Source of the DNA: a virus
Taxonomy: Duplodnaviria > Caudoviricetes
IMG/VR virus record: IMGVR_UViG_3300031867_000021
Location: 32,001 to 96,000 of that record
Direction: 5' to 3' (one strand)
DNA: 64,000 nucleotides
How positions within the stretch are numbered: position 1 is the first letter of the stretch; every line of letters starts with the position of its first letter. The notes beneath the pieces are model-generated. The model worked only from the letters and a program-made list of their open reading frames with translations. It was not told the origin of the DNA and ran no database searches. Positions 36,620-45,400 of the stretch are shown in pieces. Made by a program: the position numbers and the translations under genes.

Positions 36620-38790
36620 CTGATTTCGACCCCCCGTTGCTTTGCTAAACTCTCAATTTGTGCCCTGTCTTGGGAATTCTTGGGAATTTCTAAATATTCG
36701 ATATCAGATGTTTGGATTCCTCCGTGAAACTGCAACTCTACATAATCCGTTGCGGTTTTTCCACTCTGGGCTATTTCGCTAAAAGTCCTTTCTGTGCGCT
36801 CAAGAACCTCTTTTGGTAGGCTTGCTCCAGAAAACGGATTCATTCCAAGAGAGTATATCTTTGGATCCGTCACAAGTGTTGGGACTTGCGAATTTCCAAG
36901 CTGCTTCTGCTGCAGGCTATCCCCAACGGTGAATGTCGTCCGGGTTTTTACATTGTCTTTTTTAAAGACTATTCTACAGTCGCCGTACATCTTGGCGCGT
37001 TCTGCGTGATCAAGAAAACCATATAGCTCATATTGATCATCGCCGATTTCGAGAGCATCCCCGCCATTGAAGAGATCCACGGCCAACGATTTCCGCATTT
37101 GAATATCTTTGTGCCCATTCGATTCTCCGGTTTCAATCTGTGACTTCATTCTCCCATCTTGAAGGATCCCTAAAATGGCATTCGACTTTGTTCTGGCAGA
37201 AAAATCATGCTTATCCAGGGCATCCTTCAGGATTCGCTCATACTCCGGCGTCCGCTTTGAGTATGTATCGATTGCTGCTGCCTGTTCAGGGCTCGTTGAG
37301 GAATATCCTCGTTTCACTTCATCGATATAATTATCATACGATTCTTTGTAAATGGGCATCAGCTCATCGTAAGCCTTCATCGTTGGAGTTTCCCGATAGC
37401 TTGGAGCCGTAACAGCAGTTTCACTGGCGCTTGCACTTTCTGTTCCCGCCGATTCATTTTGGCTTTCAGTCTCAGATTCCAACTTTGGCTGCTCTGCCTG
37501 CGTCTCTTTTTTCCCTTTGGAATTTTCCGGCGTGAAAGTATACTCAAACCCATACTCAGCGGCATGCTGCTTATAAAACTCATGGAACGGCTCGGTTTCC
37601 AGCCTTCGGATCTCGTCTTTCCGCTCCTGCGCAGCCTTTTTAGAAAGCTCATCATAACCAGATTTATCGAAATATGCCTGCAGGATCTCATTTGAGGCTC
37701 CGGCGTCCTTCATCTTGACCCATGTTTGAGCAATTTCTTCAAGCTTTCGGCGAGTTTCGTTCCCCTTCAGGTTTGCATCTGCTTGTTTCATCAGATCCAG
37801 GACTGAAACCTCGGCGGGAACGGCTTTCTCCAAAGCATCCCTCATCCCGAGCCATCCACCGTTCACTTCTCCCCTGCCATACCTCTGATTCCTCAGCGTA
37901 TAAGTCCCTTCAGGCGTGCTGACACGAATTTCAGTCGCTCCGTAGCCGAAATCATCCAGATCGTCATAGGAGAATGTCCCTCCGGCCGGATGATTGTGAA
38001 GCGAAATCGCTCCCGGCAGATGTTCTCGATTGGTTCCAACCGTCATGCCGACAGAATGCTTATCGCCCTTGGCCTGCGCCCTGATTTCACCATCTGGGCC
38101 AACGATGAAAGACTGCTCGTTCTTGAGATTGGCGATCCTCTTTTCAATCTTCCTGAGCGCCTTGTCCTGCTGCGGGGTATTAGTGGGAAAAGGCTTTGCG
38201 TCCTGATGCTCTTCATCCCACAAACCGCGCTTTTTAAGCTCTTCCCGGCAAGCTTCCATCTTGGCCTGCGTCTCCGCCATCGAATCAAGATAGCTCTTTC
38301 TCACGCCAGCATATTCCTGCTTTTTGGTCTCAGGAAAGGTTTCGTATTCCTTCAGAAATTTTTTGGCCTTTTGCAGGTCTTCGTTGTGTCTTCCGAACGC
38401 TCTGCCAACACCCGTATCTCCAAAGCCTTGAACCTTTTGCCGCAATGATTCCACGTTAGCTTTCTGACTTTCGGTCAGCGCCGGAGCCTTCGGCGTTTCC
38501 ACGGTTTTTGGAGCCGCTGCAGCCTGTTTTCTGCCGGCGGCGCTATTTTTGAAGACTGAACCAAGCTTTTCACCGTTGAACTTTCCACCGAACCCGGCTT
38601 TAATCTCTCCGGTCGTGGTTTCCAACTTAAAATGGCGCCCCTCTTCTGAAGTGCGCCATACTTCCTCGTCGGCAGTTGTTTCTTTTTGACTATTGGCATC
38701 AAAGCCAAGCATTTTTAAGGCAAGATGTAGCGATGCGGTTCTGGGGCTTGTCTTTGAATACTCATAAAACAATCGTCCAATGGTTTTCAT
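36607..38790 (-). CDS. Tagged effector 3: central JAB/MPN-like domain + C-terminal DUF3626-like (ART-like) domain
   Basis: E.S.IV..DG...HNHP.GGTFS..DL; R.KSQ.ETG.S.G...YG.L...YG...K..RTTFT.GDSL...YVELQFHG; N-terminal tag. Confidence 0.72.
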   Translation of the reverse strand: MKTIGRLFYEYSKTSPRTASLHLALKMLGFDANSQKETTADEEVWRTSEEGRHFKLETTTGEIKAGFGGKFNGEKLGSVFKNSAAGRKQAAAAPKTVETPKAPALTESQKANVESLRQKVQGFGDTGVGRAFGRHNEDLQKAKKFLKEYETFPETKKQEYAGVRKSYLDSMAETQAKMEACREELKKRGLWDEEHQDAKPFPTNTPQQDKALRKIEKRIANLKNEQSFIVGPDGEIRAQAKGDKHSVGMTVGTNREHLPGAISLHNHPAGGTFSYDDLDDFGYGATEIRVSTPEGTYTLRNQRYGRGEVNGGWLGMRDALEKAVPAEVSVLDLMKQADANLKGNETRRKLEEIAQTWVKMKDAGASNEILQAYFDKSGYDELSKKAAQERKDEIRRLETEPFHEFYKQHAAEYGFEYTFTPENSKGKKETQAEQPKLESETESQNESAGTESASASETAVTAPSYRETPTMKAYDELMPIYKESYDNYIDEVKRGYSSTSPEQAAAIDTYSKRTPEYERILKDALDKHDFSARTKSNAILGILQDGRMKSQIETGESNGHKDIQMRKSLAVDLFNGGDALEIGDDQYELYGFLDHAERAKMYGDCRIVFKKDNVKTRTTFTVGDSLQQKQLGNSQVPTLVTDPKIYSLGMNPFSGASLPKEVLERTERTFSEIAQSGKTATDYVELQFHGGIQTSDIEYLEIPKNSQDRAQIESLAKQRGVEIRWKD

Positions 38791-38815
38791 CGTTATCACC
38801 TCCCCACAAAAACGC

Positions 38816-38844
38816 TTTACGCAATTTTGTCTATGTGCTATACT
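38816..38844 (+). promoter_or_regulatory. Promoter TTTACG-N17-TATACT with extended -10 (TGn)
   Basis: -35 38816-38821, TG 38836-38837, -10 38839-38844; faces the 3' end of effector 2. Confidence 0.7.
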
Positions 38845-38846
38845 TT

Positions 38847-38945
38847 AGGCATCAAGGGGAAACCCTGCAGGCCGTAACAGGCCCCCGACCAAACGGCACG
38901 GTCGAGGGAACGAGTTACGGCTGAAGCTGACGCCATGCCTCTTGC
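38847..38945 (+). ncRNA. Putative ~95-nt structured small RNA convergent with the nuclease effector
   Basis: Nested stems AGGCAT/ATGCCT, GCCGTAAC/GTTACGGC, CGACC/GGTCG and a GGG-GAAA-CCC hairpin; no credible ORF. Confidence 0.55.
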
Positions 38946-38955
38946 CAAGGATGGC

Positions 38956-40530
38956 TCAGCGTGAAAGCTCCGATTGTTTCGGAGCTTTTCTTGCTTTATA
39001 TTCAAGGCATTTATATGCCCCGTCTTTGTCGATTATTAAAACGCTCAAGTCCTGTTTTGAGCGTTTCGTGAGAGCCTTTTCGATTTTATTTTCTGCTTCT
39101 TCGATAGTGGCGCCACACGCACTTATATCAAAAATCAAGCCTCTGCTGTTTGGGGCAATTTGATTTAAGCCACTCCGAATCCTCAAGTCGAACGCATTTT
39201 GTGAATTGCTTTCCGGCGTTTTCAGATCCCAAAGTCCACCGCGCCAGAAATAATCAGGGTTGCTTTCATCTCTCAAAAAGTTTTCAGACAGAACAATCAA
39301 ATTCCCGCCGAATAGCTGATGCAATCTTTTCCCCATTTTTATCTCTGCGGCACTATGTTTTTTATCAACCCTGGTCATAACATAGAATGCGCCGGAACCT
39401 GGTTCTGCTTCCTTCTCGAACTCTTCCGTTTTGTCTCTTATTTGTTTTTCGGCTTTTGTGCCAGATTCTTTTCCCTGAGTATCGTATGTGGTTTCCGTCT
39501 CCCGCATGGTTGCATCAGCCGGCGCAACCTGCCGGCCTATAATCGCGACTGGAATAGTCTCGACCCCGTTCATCATGGCAGCCAGAGCCCTGTGCCGACC
39601 TTCCTGATTTTCTGTCGCATAGTCCAGATAAGGAATCGGGAATTTCTCCCCGTTTTCCATCAGATCGGCGTATTTATTGACCTTATAGGCTTCGGTTCCC
39701 GCAACAGTGTTTTCCAAGGTGCTGTTCGTGAAAATCTCGAAAGCGCATCTTTCCAGATATTCTTTCGGGCTCATCTCGACAACCTTGGCGCTTCCGTTCT
39801 TCAATTTTTCCCGCAGAGCCGGAACATCCGATTCCAGCGTGAAGCCCTCGAAATCTTTCCTTGTCGTTTCCTTAAGCTCCGGGTTGCCCCACTCGGCGAT
39901 TTCATCAGAACGCTTCTGACGCTTCAGCTCATCCATTTTCCCGCCGTACTCTTCGGCCTCCTGCCCGGCCTTCTGAGACTCAGCAAAGCAGTCATCATAT
40001 TCCTTCTTGAGCTGTTTGCCCTTCTCGGTATACCAGCCGAAGAGCCCGGCATATTGCGGCCCCATTGACTTCGCGTCGTCATCCGGGTACTCGATTTCAT
40101 TCTTCAGCTCTCTGCTGATTTCCAGGAACCTCTTTGAGGCAGCGTCTTTCCTCTTCGTGGCATCAGCCCACTTGGTTCTTGCCGCTTCAAAATCCGGGTC
40201 ATTGATGAGGTTCTTCTCTCCCACGACAGAGGAAATCATTTTCGCTGTGCTTTCAGGCCGGATCCTCTTCGGCTTAGCTGCAGCTGGTTTCTTCGCAGAC
40301 TGGCCGCCGCTGAAAGCTTCCTTCAGCGTCTCGCCGTTGTGCTTCCCTCCAAAACCAGCCTTGATCTCACCGGTACCAGATTCGAGCTTTATATGATGGC
40401 CTTCCTCGGTTGTTCTCCAGACTTCTGCATCATGTCCGAAAAGCTTCACCAGGAACTGAAGGGCCTTGTTCTTCCCTTCCCTATGCGCATAGGCTTTGTA
40501 CAGCTCAGCTCTGATTCCCATGCGCATCAC
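38956..40530 (-). CDS. Tagged effector 2: ParB/Srx-like domain + C-terminal CdiA-type PD-(D/E)xK (tRNase-like) nuclease
   Basis: MSPKEYL...KFP.P.L...QEGRHRALAA...IPV; E...G..L....GG...L.E....PDY.W.G.LWDLKTP...G..QI...GLIFD; N-terminal tag. Confidence 0.75.
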   Translation of the reverse strand: MMRMGIRAELYKAYAHREGKNKALQFLVKLFGHDAEVWRTTEEGHHIKLESGTGEIKAGFGGKHNGETLKEAFSGGQSAKKPAAAKPKRIRPESTAKMISSVVGEKNLINDPDFEAARTKWADATKRKDAASKRFLEISRELKNEIEYPDDDAKSMGPQYAGLFGWYTEKGKQLKKEYDDCFAESQKAGQEAEEYGGKMDELKRQKRSDEIAEWGNPELKETTRKDFEGFTLESDVPALREKLKNGSAKVVEMSPKEYLERCAFEIFTNSTLENTVAGTEAYKVNKYADLMENGEKFPIPYLDYATENQEGRHRALAAMMNGVETIPVAIIGRQVAPADATMRETETTYDTQGKESGTKAEKQIRDKTEEFEKEAEPGSGAFYVMTRVDKKHSAAEIKMGKRLHQLFGGNLIVLSENFLRDESNPDYFWRGGLWDLKTPESNSQNAFDLRIRSGLNQIAPNSRGLIFDISACGATIEEAENKIEKALTKRSKQDLSVLIIDKDGAYKCLEYKARKAPKQSELSR

Positions 40531-40534
40531 CCCT

Positions 40535-41374
40535 TTACGAAATCTTCCCGAACTTCTTTTTAATCTGGTTCTTCGTCCAGTAACCTACTTTTCCGTGATA
40601 ATGCAGCCTGACCGAATCCGGCAGGTTCCTGATATCAACAACCGGCTCCTGATAGCACCGGCAGTTGAAGGTATTTCCCGCGTGATACCGTCCATAAGAA
40701 CTCTGACCCGCACCCGGAAACAGAGCTTCAGGGTTTGGCGGATCATCATAGAACACGAGAATTCCATCCATTGAGCCGTGGGAATGTCTCGTGCGCTCAT
40801 CATGGCAGGAATGCCAGATATAAGCCTTGATTCCAAGGTTCTCGGCTCTGGCCTGCGTGAGTGCCGCATTTGCTTTGCCGCACTCTGTCCGCGCGATGCA
40901 CTTCAGATTTCTGGCAATCTTCTCCGGCATGATCTTCCGAAGCTCTTCCTCAATCTCTTCCGGCCGCCGGCCCTTCTGCGTCTCCCGCTCGGTGTAGGCG
41001 GTTATATAAGCGGCCCATTCCATCGGGACTGTCTTGATGTACTTTGAGTTTTCGGCAATCAGCTCTTCAACCCGCCTGCCGACAGGCCCTTTCATCTCTT
41101 CCATCAGGGCTTTGTACATCTCCCGGCCGTAGGTGTTGCGGAGAACGGCTTCCCGCCAGGAATGAACAGACTCATCTCTCTCCCGCTTGACCATGTTTCC
41201 GACAACCTCATCCACCCGCTGCCCAAGGGTCAGCCGATGAACCCACTCTTTCATCTTCTGGGTAACGTTGCCTGAATTGATGGCCCCGGATCTTGTCTGC
41301 TGCGAGATCCCGGAAAAGATTTTGCACAGGTTCTTCCAGAATGATCGTTCCGTCGAACGTTTCACGGCAATCAT
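40535..41374 (-). CDS. MuF / SPP1 gp7-type head morphogenesis protein (short form, no toxin extension)
   Basis: IARTE..KA, YIW....DERTR.SH, HAG..FNCRC..EP. Confidence 0.9.
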   Translation of the reverse strand: MIAVKRSTERSFWKNLCKIFSGISQQTRSGAINSGNVTQKMKEWVHRLTLGQRVDEVVGNMVKRERDESVHSWREAVLRNTYGREMYKALMEEMKGPVGRRVEELIAENSKYIKTVPMEWAAYITAYTERETQKGRRPEEIEEELRKIMPEKIARNLKCIARTECGKANAALTQARAENLGIKAYIWHSCHDERTRHSHGSMDGILVFYDDPPNPEALFPGAGQSSYGRYHAGNTFNCRCYQEPVVDIRNLPDSVRLHYHGKVGYWTKNQIKKKFGKIS

Positions 41375-41669
41375 CTTTCATCACCTGCCATCTGAAGGTA
41401 AAATTAAGCGGCTGGCGGCATCGACGGAATGCCGCCATTTAAGCGAATCTATATTCAGGAGGGAAATCCGGAATGAAGAAAAGGAGATTACTTCATGAAA
41501 AAGAAGAGTGAGGGGATTCCGTCTATCGCACCGCTTTGAGATCCGGACAGGCGAACCGGACTCGCGGACGTCCGGCCACCACCCCTTTCGTCCGCTTCCC
41601 CCGCTAACGCATCAGAACCCTCCAGCTGGAGGCCCTTCTGGAGGAAACGGATTGGGGCTGTTTTAAGGT

Positions 41670-41701
41670 ATAAGAAAAGCCCGGCGGCAATCCGTCAGGC
41701 T
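41670..41701 (-). terminator. Repeated terminator-like hairpin (copy 3 of 3)
   Basis: ATAAGAAAAGCCCGGCG...CGTCAGGCT. Confidence 0.65.
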
Positions 41702-41727
41702 TCTCCCTGGAACTCTATTTATACTTT

Positions 41728-41961
41728 TTAAGCGGGTGAGGATTTGCACCTCACATGATCCATTCGTTATTGCTCTATAGTGCCAACTTAAGGTTTGTTT
41801 TGCTCTTCAGCTTGCCGCCCTTGCCTCTTTTAGTTTATAAAACTATACCAGTCTCATTGGTTCTGGAAGGTCTTATCAGTTGGATCACATCACGCAACTC
41901 CATGCAGGGAGCGACCCTTGAATGTCTTTACACTACGTCTACCTGTTCCGCCACCGCTCAA
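41728..41961 (-). ncRNA. tRNA-like RNA with ~180-nt insert between D-arm and T-arm
   Basis: 5' UGAGCGG-UGGCGGAACAGGUAGACG (tRNA-Leu-like D-arm); 3' GUGAGG-UGCAAAU-CCUCAC-CCGCUUA (T-arm + acceptor); internal helix UGAUCCA/UGGAUCA. Confidence 0.6.
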
Positions 41962-41977
41962 TAAAGTATTATTGAAT

Positions 41978-42172
41978 TTAAAGAAGCATGTCCACCGATG
42001 AACATGCTTTTTCGACCGGGTCAAATAATTCTCCCCGGCTCTGGCATAGCTTTTCAACCCTGCACAGGTCTTCGTAGCCGCTTCGGCCTATTGCAAGATC
42101 GAACTCCCTGCGGAGTTCTTCCAAACTCATATTGCGCCCGCAGCCGAATTCATCCTGATACTTATGAACCAC
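41978..42172 (-). CDS. Small hypothetical protein
   Basis: 64-aa ORF, weak support. Confidence 0.4.
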   Translation of the reverse strand: MVHKYQDEFGCGRNMSLEELRREFDLAIGRSGYEDLCRVEKLCQSRGELFDPVEKACSSVDMLL

Positions 42173-42234
42173 TTCATCCCTGAACTCTGCGTATGATTTC
42201 GTGGCTCATCACCCCCCCCATGACCGGCAGCCGC

Positions 42235-42480
42235 TTATTCGAAACACATCTCAAGGCAATAAGAAGTGCTGGCCACGCAGGCTTTATAGAAGGCTTCGTC
42301 GCTCAGATCATCATCTTTTCCCTTGCCTTCTTCGTAGCCTTTATATCGCCCATCGATCGTTTCCATCTCTGAGTTGATATAAGCTTCAAAATCCTCTTCG
42401 GACAGGTCATAACAGGCAAGCGCTTTTTTCAGATCGGCCTTTACATCATTGACGAACTGGTCTCGACTGATTTTTCCCAC
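42235..42480 (-). CDS. Candidate immunity protein for the portal-fused effector
   Basis: 81 aa acidic, starts 3 nt after the portal stop with GGAGG RBS. Confidence 0.55.
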   Translation of the reverse strand: MGKISRDQFVNDVKADLKKALACYDLSEEDFEAYINSEMETIDGRYKGYEEGKGKDDDLSDEAFYKACVASTSYCLEMCFE

Positions 42481-42483
42481 CGC

Positions 42484-45400
42484 TTACACCTCCATGCTGT
42501 CGTCCCGAATCTTTTTCGCCTTGGAATAATCTTCCTCAGGTTTGTGAGAAGCCACATATTCATCACAGTTCTTTCCGTGCGCTTTCCATATTTCTTCCCT
42601 GCTGCGCCCGGTATACTTGAAGAATACAACCGGCTCTTTCTGGTCTCTGGTTCTGTCCCAATCCGGCGGCCTTATCCCTTCGATATCAGCAAACTCGCAA
42701 TAGCTTGTCGGCTCGAATCCGTTCTTTGTGTAAAACTCGTACAAACCGCCAAACGCATCAAGTTTATTTCCGCCCTTCATTCTTGCGAACTCAAGGAGCT
42801 GACTTCCTGTGACTCCACGATCTCCGGGATGTTTGCACACGCTCACGATATCGCCATCGTGAACCGCAACAGCAGAACCGCCCTTTGTCGTGAAGCACTG
42901 CATTTTCGCATAATCCTCCACGGAATAGGTTCCATCCACACGCCAGGATTTATCTGGCTGCACGTCCTGCACCGCTTTCTTTGCCGCATGGAAAGTATCG
43001 TAAAACTTCTGCGGCTCAGTTTGCTGGAAATTATCCGGGTTCAGCGGGGCTTTCGTTCGTCCGCTCCCGGTTCCACTTCCATTATACGCCGAATTATTCT
43101 GATTTACAATACTTTCGGACGTATTTTCTCCACCCGCATTATACTGCGTTTCCGGCTCTCTGGCAACGGGCGCCATCGGAACGTTTTCGCCCCAGAACAT
43201 GGACTGCTGTCCAGGAACCTCCACCCGTTTCTCGACTCCCGCATACTTTTCAAGCAGATCGTCCGAGAAGTTCGTTTCAATCTCCGCGCCCAGGAGCTTT
43301 GCCTGGAGCTGAATTCTGGCGATTACCGCTTCCGGGTGATCGCTTTCCCATTTTTCTTCCTGAGCGAACGGGACATCACTGTACTCTTCAGTGATGTTTG
43401 CCAGAATGTCCTGTTCTCTCGGAGTCAGACGCTCTGCCCACTGGGCAGGTACTGACTTAAGCCCGAACTCATTCGTAGCTCGAATTTCACCATTTCTGGC
43501 CTGATTCCATTCATCGGAATACTGAACTGAATTGGCCAGATTGTTGAGCGCATTATCCGCTTCGTCCAGATCAACAGCAGGATTCTCAAGAACCTTTTTG
43601 GCATTTTTTCGGGCATTTTCATAATCCCGAAGCTCCGTCTTTATGGTTGCTGCCTTTTTCTCGCTTCCATCTGAATACTTGCTGAAACTTACGGGAATAT
43701 CCGGCATCTTTGCCTTGGGAGGCGTGACCTTCGGCGGAGCGGCGACCTTTGTCCCCTTCGCTCTGGCCTTGGATCCGCTGCCGGATCCCCACTGCTCACC
43801 AAGCTTCTTACCATTGAACTTGCCGCCGAAACCAGCTTTGATTTCGCCGGTTGAAGTTTCCAGCTTGAAGTGCCGGCCTTCCTCGCTCGTCCTCCACGCT
43901 TCAGCATCAATGCTGAACAGATTCTGAACAAACTTGGCCGTCTGCTCCCGGCTGTGGTCGGCAGCGTACTGCTTAATCAGCCTGACCCTCTGGTCCGAAA
44001 AACCGGAATAATCCGGCTTATCCCGACCGATGAGAGACTTGACCTTTTTGCGCACCCAATCAATGACCCCACTGTTGGGCTCTTTGCCCTCTCTGGCCTC
44101 TTCGGGCTTTCGGGCGGGAGTTTGGTCATTCTCCTGCTCTGCCTGCTCTTTGGGCTCATTCTGGGCTTCCGCAGGCACGCTCTTCTGCGTGGCCTTCGGC
44201 TCCTCTTCCGGCTTCTCCGCTGGCTCGGCTTCAGGTTTTGAGACTGGCTTCTGTTCCGGCTTCATTTCCGGTTTTTCCGGCCTTTCCTCCGGCTTTACTT
44301 CCGGCTTTTCCTCCGTGGCTTCAGGCTTCTCTTCCTCTGGCCCTTCTTCAGGCGGCATCATACCGCCCATGGCGGCCATCGGATCCATTCCTCCGCCGGG
44401 ACCACCATCTGGCCCCTCAGGTCCTTCAGGACCGCCCGGCCCCATGCCGCCCATCATGCCGCCCATGGGGTCGCCCATGCCTTCGCCTTGATCAACCTCG
44501 GTTTCGGCGCTTTCAACAATTTCATCCGTAATGGATCCCCATGCGCCGACATCCTTGCCGCTCTTCTGCAGTTCTATCAGAGCGGTCTGCTGCGAGATCA
44601 ACCCGGCAGAGAACGCATTAATCACGGTTCCGGTCACCTGCGAGATAATATTCGCCCTTTCGGAAGGCGTAGTCACCTGCAGAGGCTCGAACACGACATG
44701 CATGCCATCCGGGATCTTCCCCCAAAGACTCATGCACATGACCGGCAGCAGCTTCTCAATCGCCGGGCGCAGGTTGCGCTCCTGCAGCTGAGCCAGCATT
44801 TCATAATAGTTCTTCATGTCCGATTCTCCGGTGGCATTCATGCCCTGCGGAGAACGTCCATACAGCTTGGTCGCCGGAATTTCGGCGGCACCTGCCATAT
44901 CCATCATGAAGGACTCATAGATTTCAGACAGACCGGAGAAGGAATAGGGATGCTGTTCGTACCCGTCCTGCGATCCCATGATCATCATGCCGAAAGAATT
45001 CCGGTAACGGTTTTCTTCCTCAATGCTCTCAATGATCGCCTGCTTCTGCTTCTCCGTGCCCATGCCCATGATTTCACCAAAATCGGCCATTTTAAGCACG
45101 CCGACATTGGCCTGAAACACGAGCTGAGCAATATTCGCGCTGGTCGCATTTCTCTTCTGAAGCTCTTCATAAACGTGCTCCAGCTCAGATGCTCCCCAGT
45201 AGCTTTCCGAAACCTCTTCCATGATCGGAAGCATCCGTCCCCGGAACATCAGGAGCCGGGAATGATGAATCCGCATGGTCTGGTTTGTCTCGTTATTCAG
45301 CCGGACTGTGTAATATTTCGGATATCCGAACTCGATATCGTCCATATCCTCTTCCAGCTCAACAGAAGGATCCAGTCCGCTCGTCCGATCTACGACAATC

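Noticed and set aside
38676-38924. Plus-strand 82-aa ORF as protein immunity for the nuclease effector
   Set aside because: It starts upstream of the plus-strand promoter, overlaps effector 3 antisense and lacks an RBS.
41473-41540. Plus-strand mini-ORFs MKKRRLLHEKEE and MKKKSEGIPSIAPL after SD-like motifs
   Set aside because: Very short, no plus-strand promoter seen; cannot be supported as genes.
41728-41961. Canonical tRNA-Leu or group I intron-containing tRNA
   Set aside because: No 7-nt anticodon loop, non-canonical T-loop (UGCAAAU), and no group I core motifs recognised; kept as a tRNA-like ncRNA instead.
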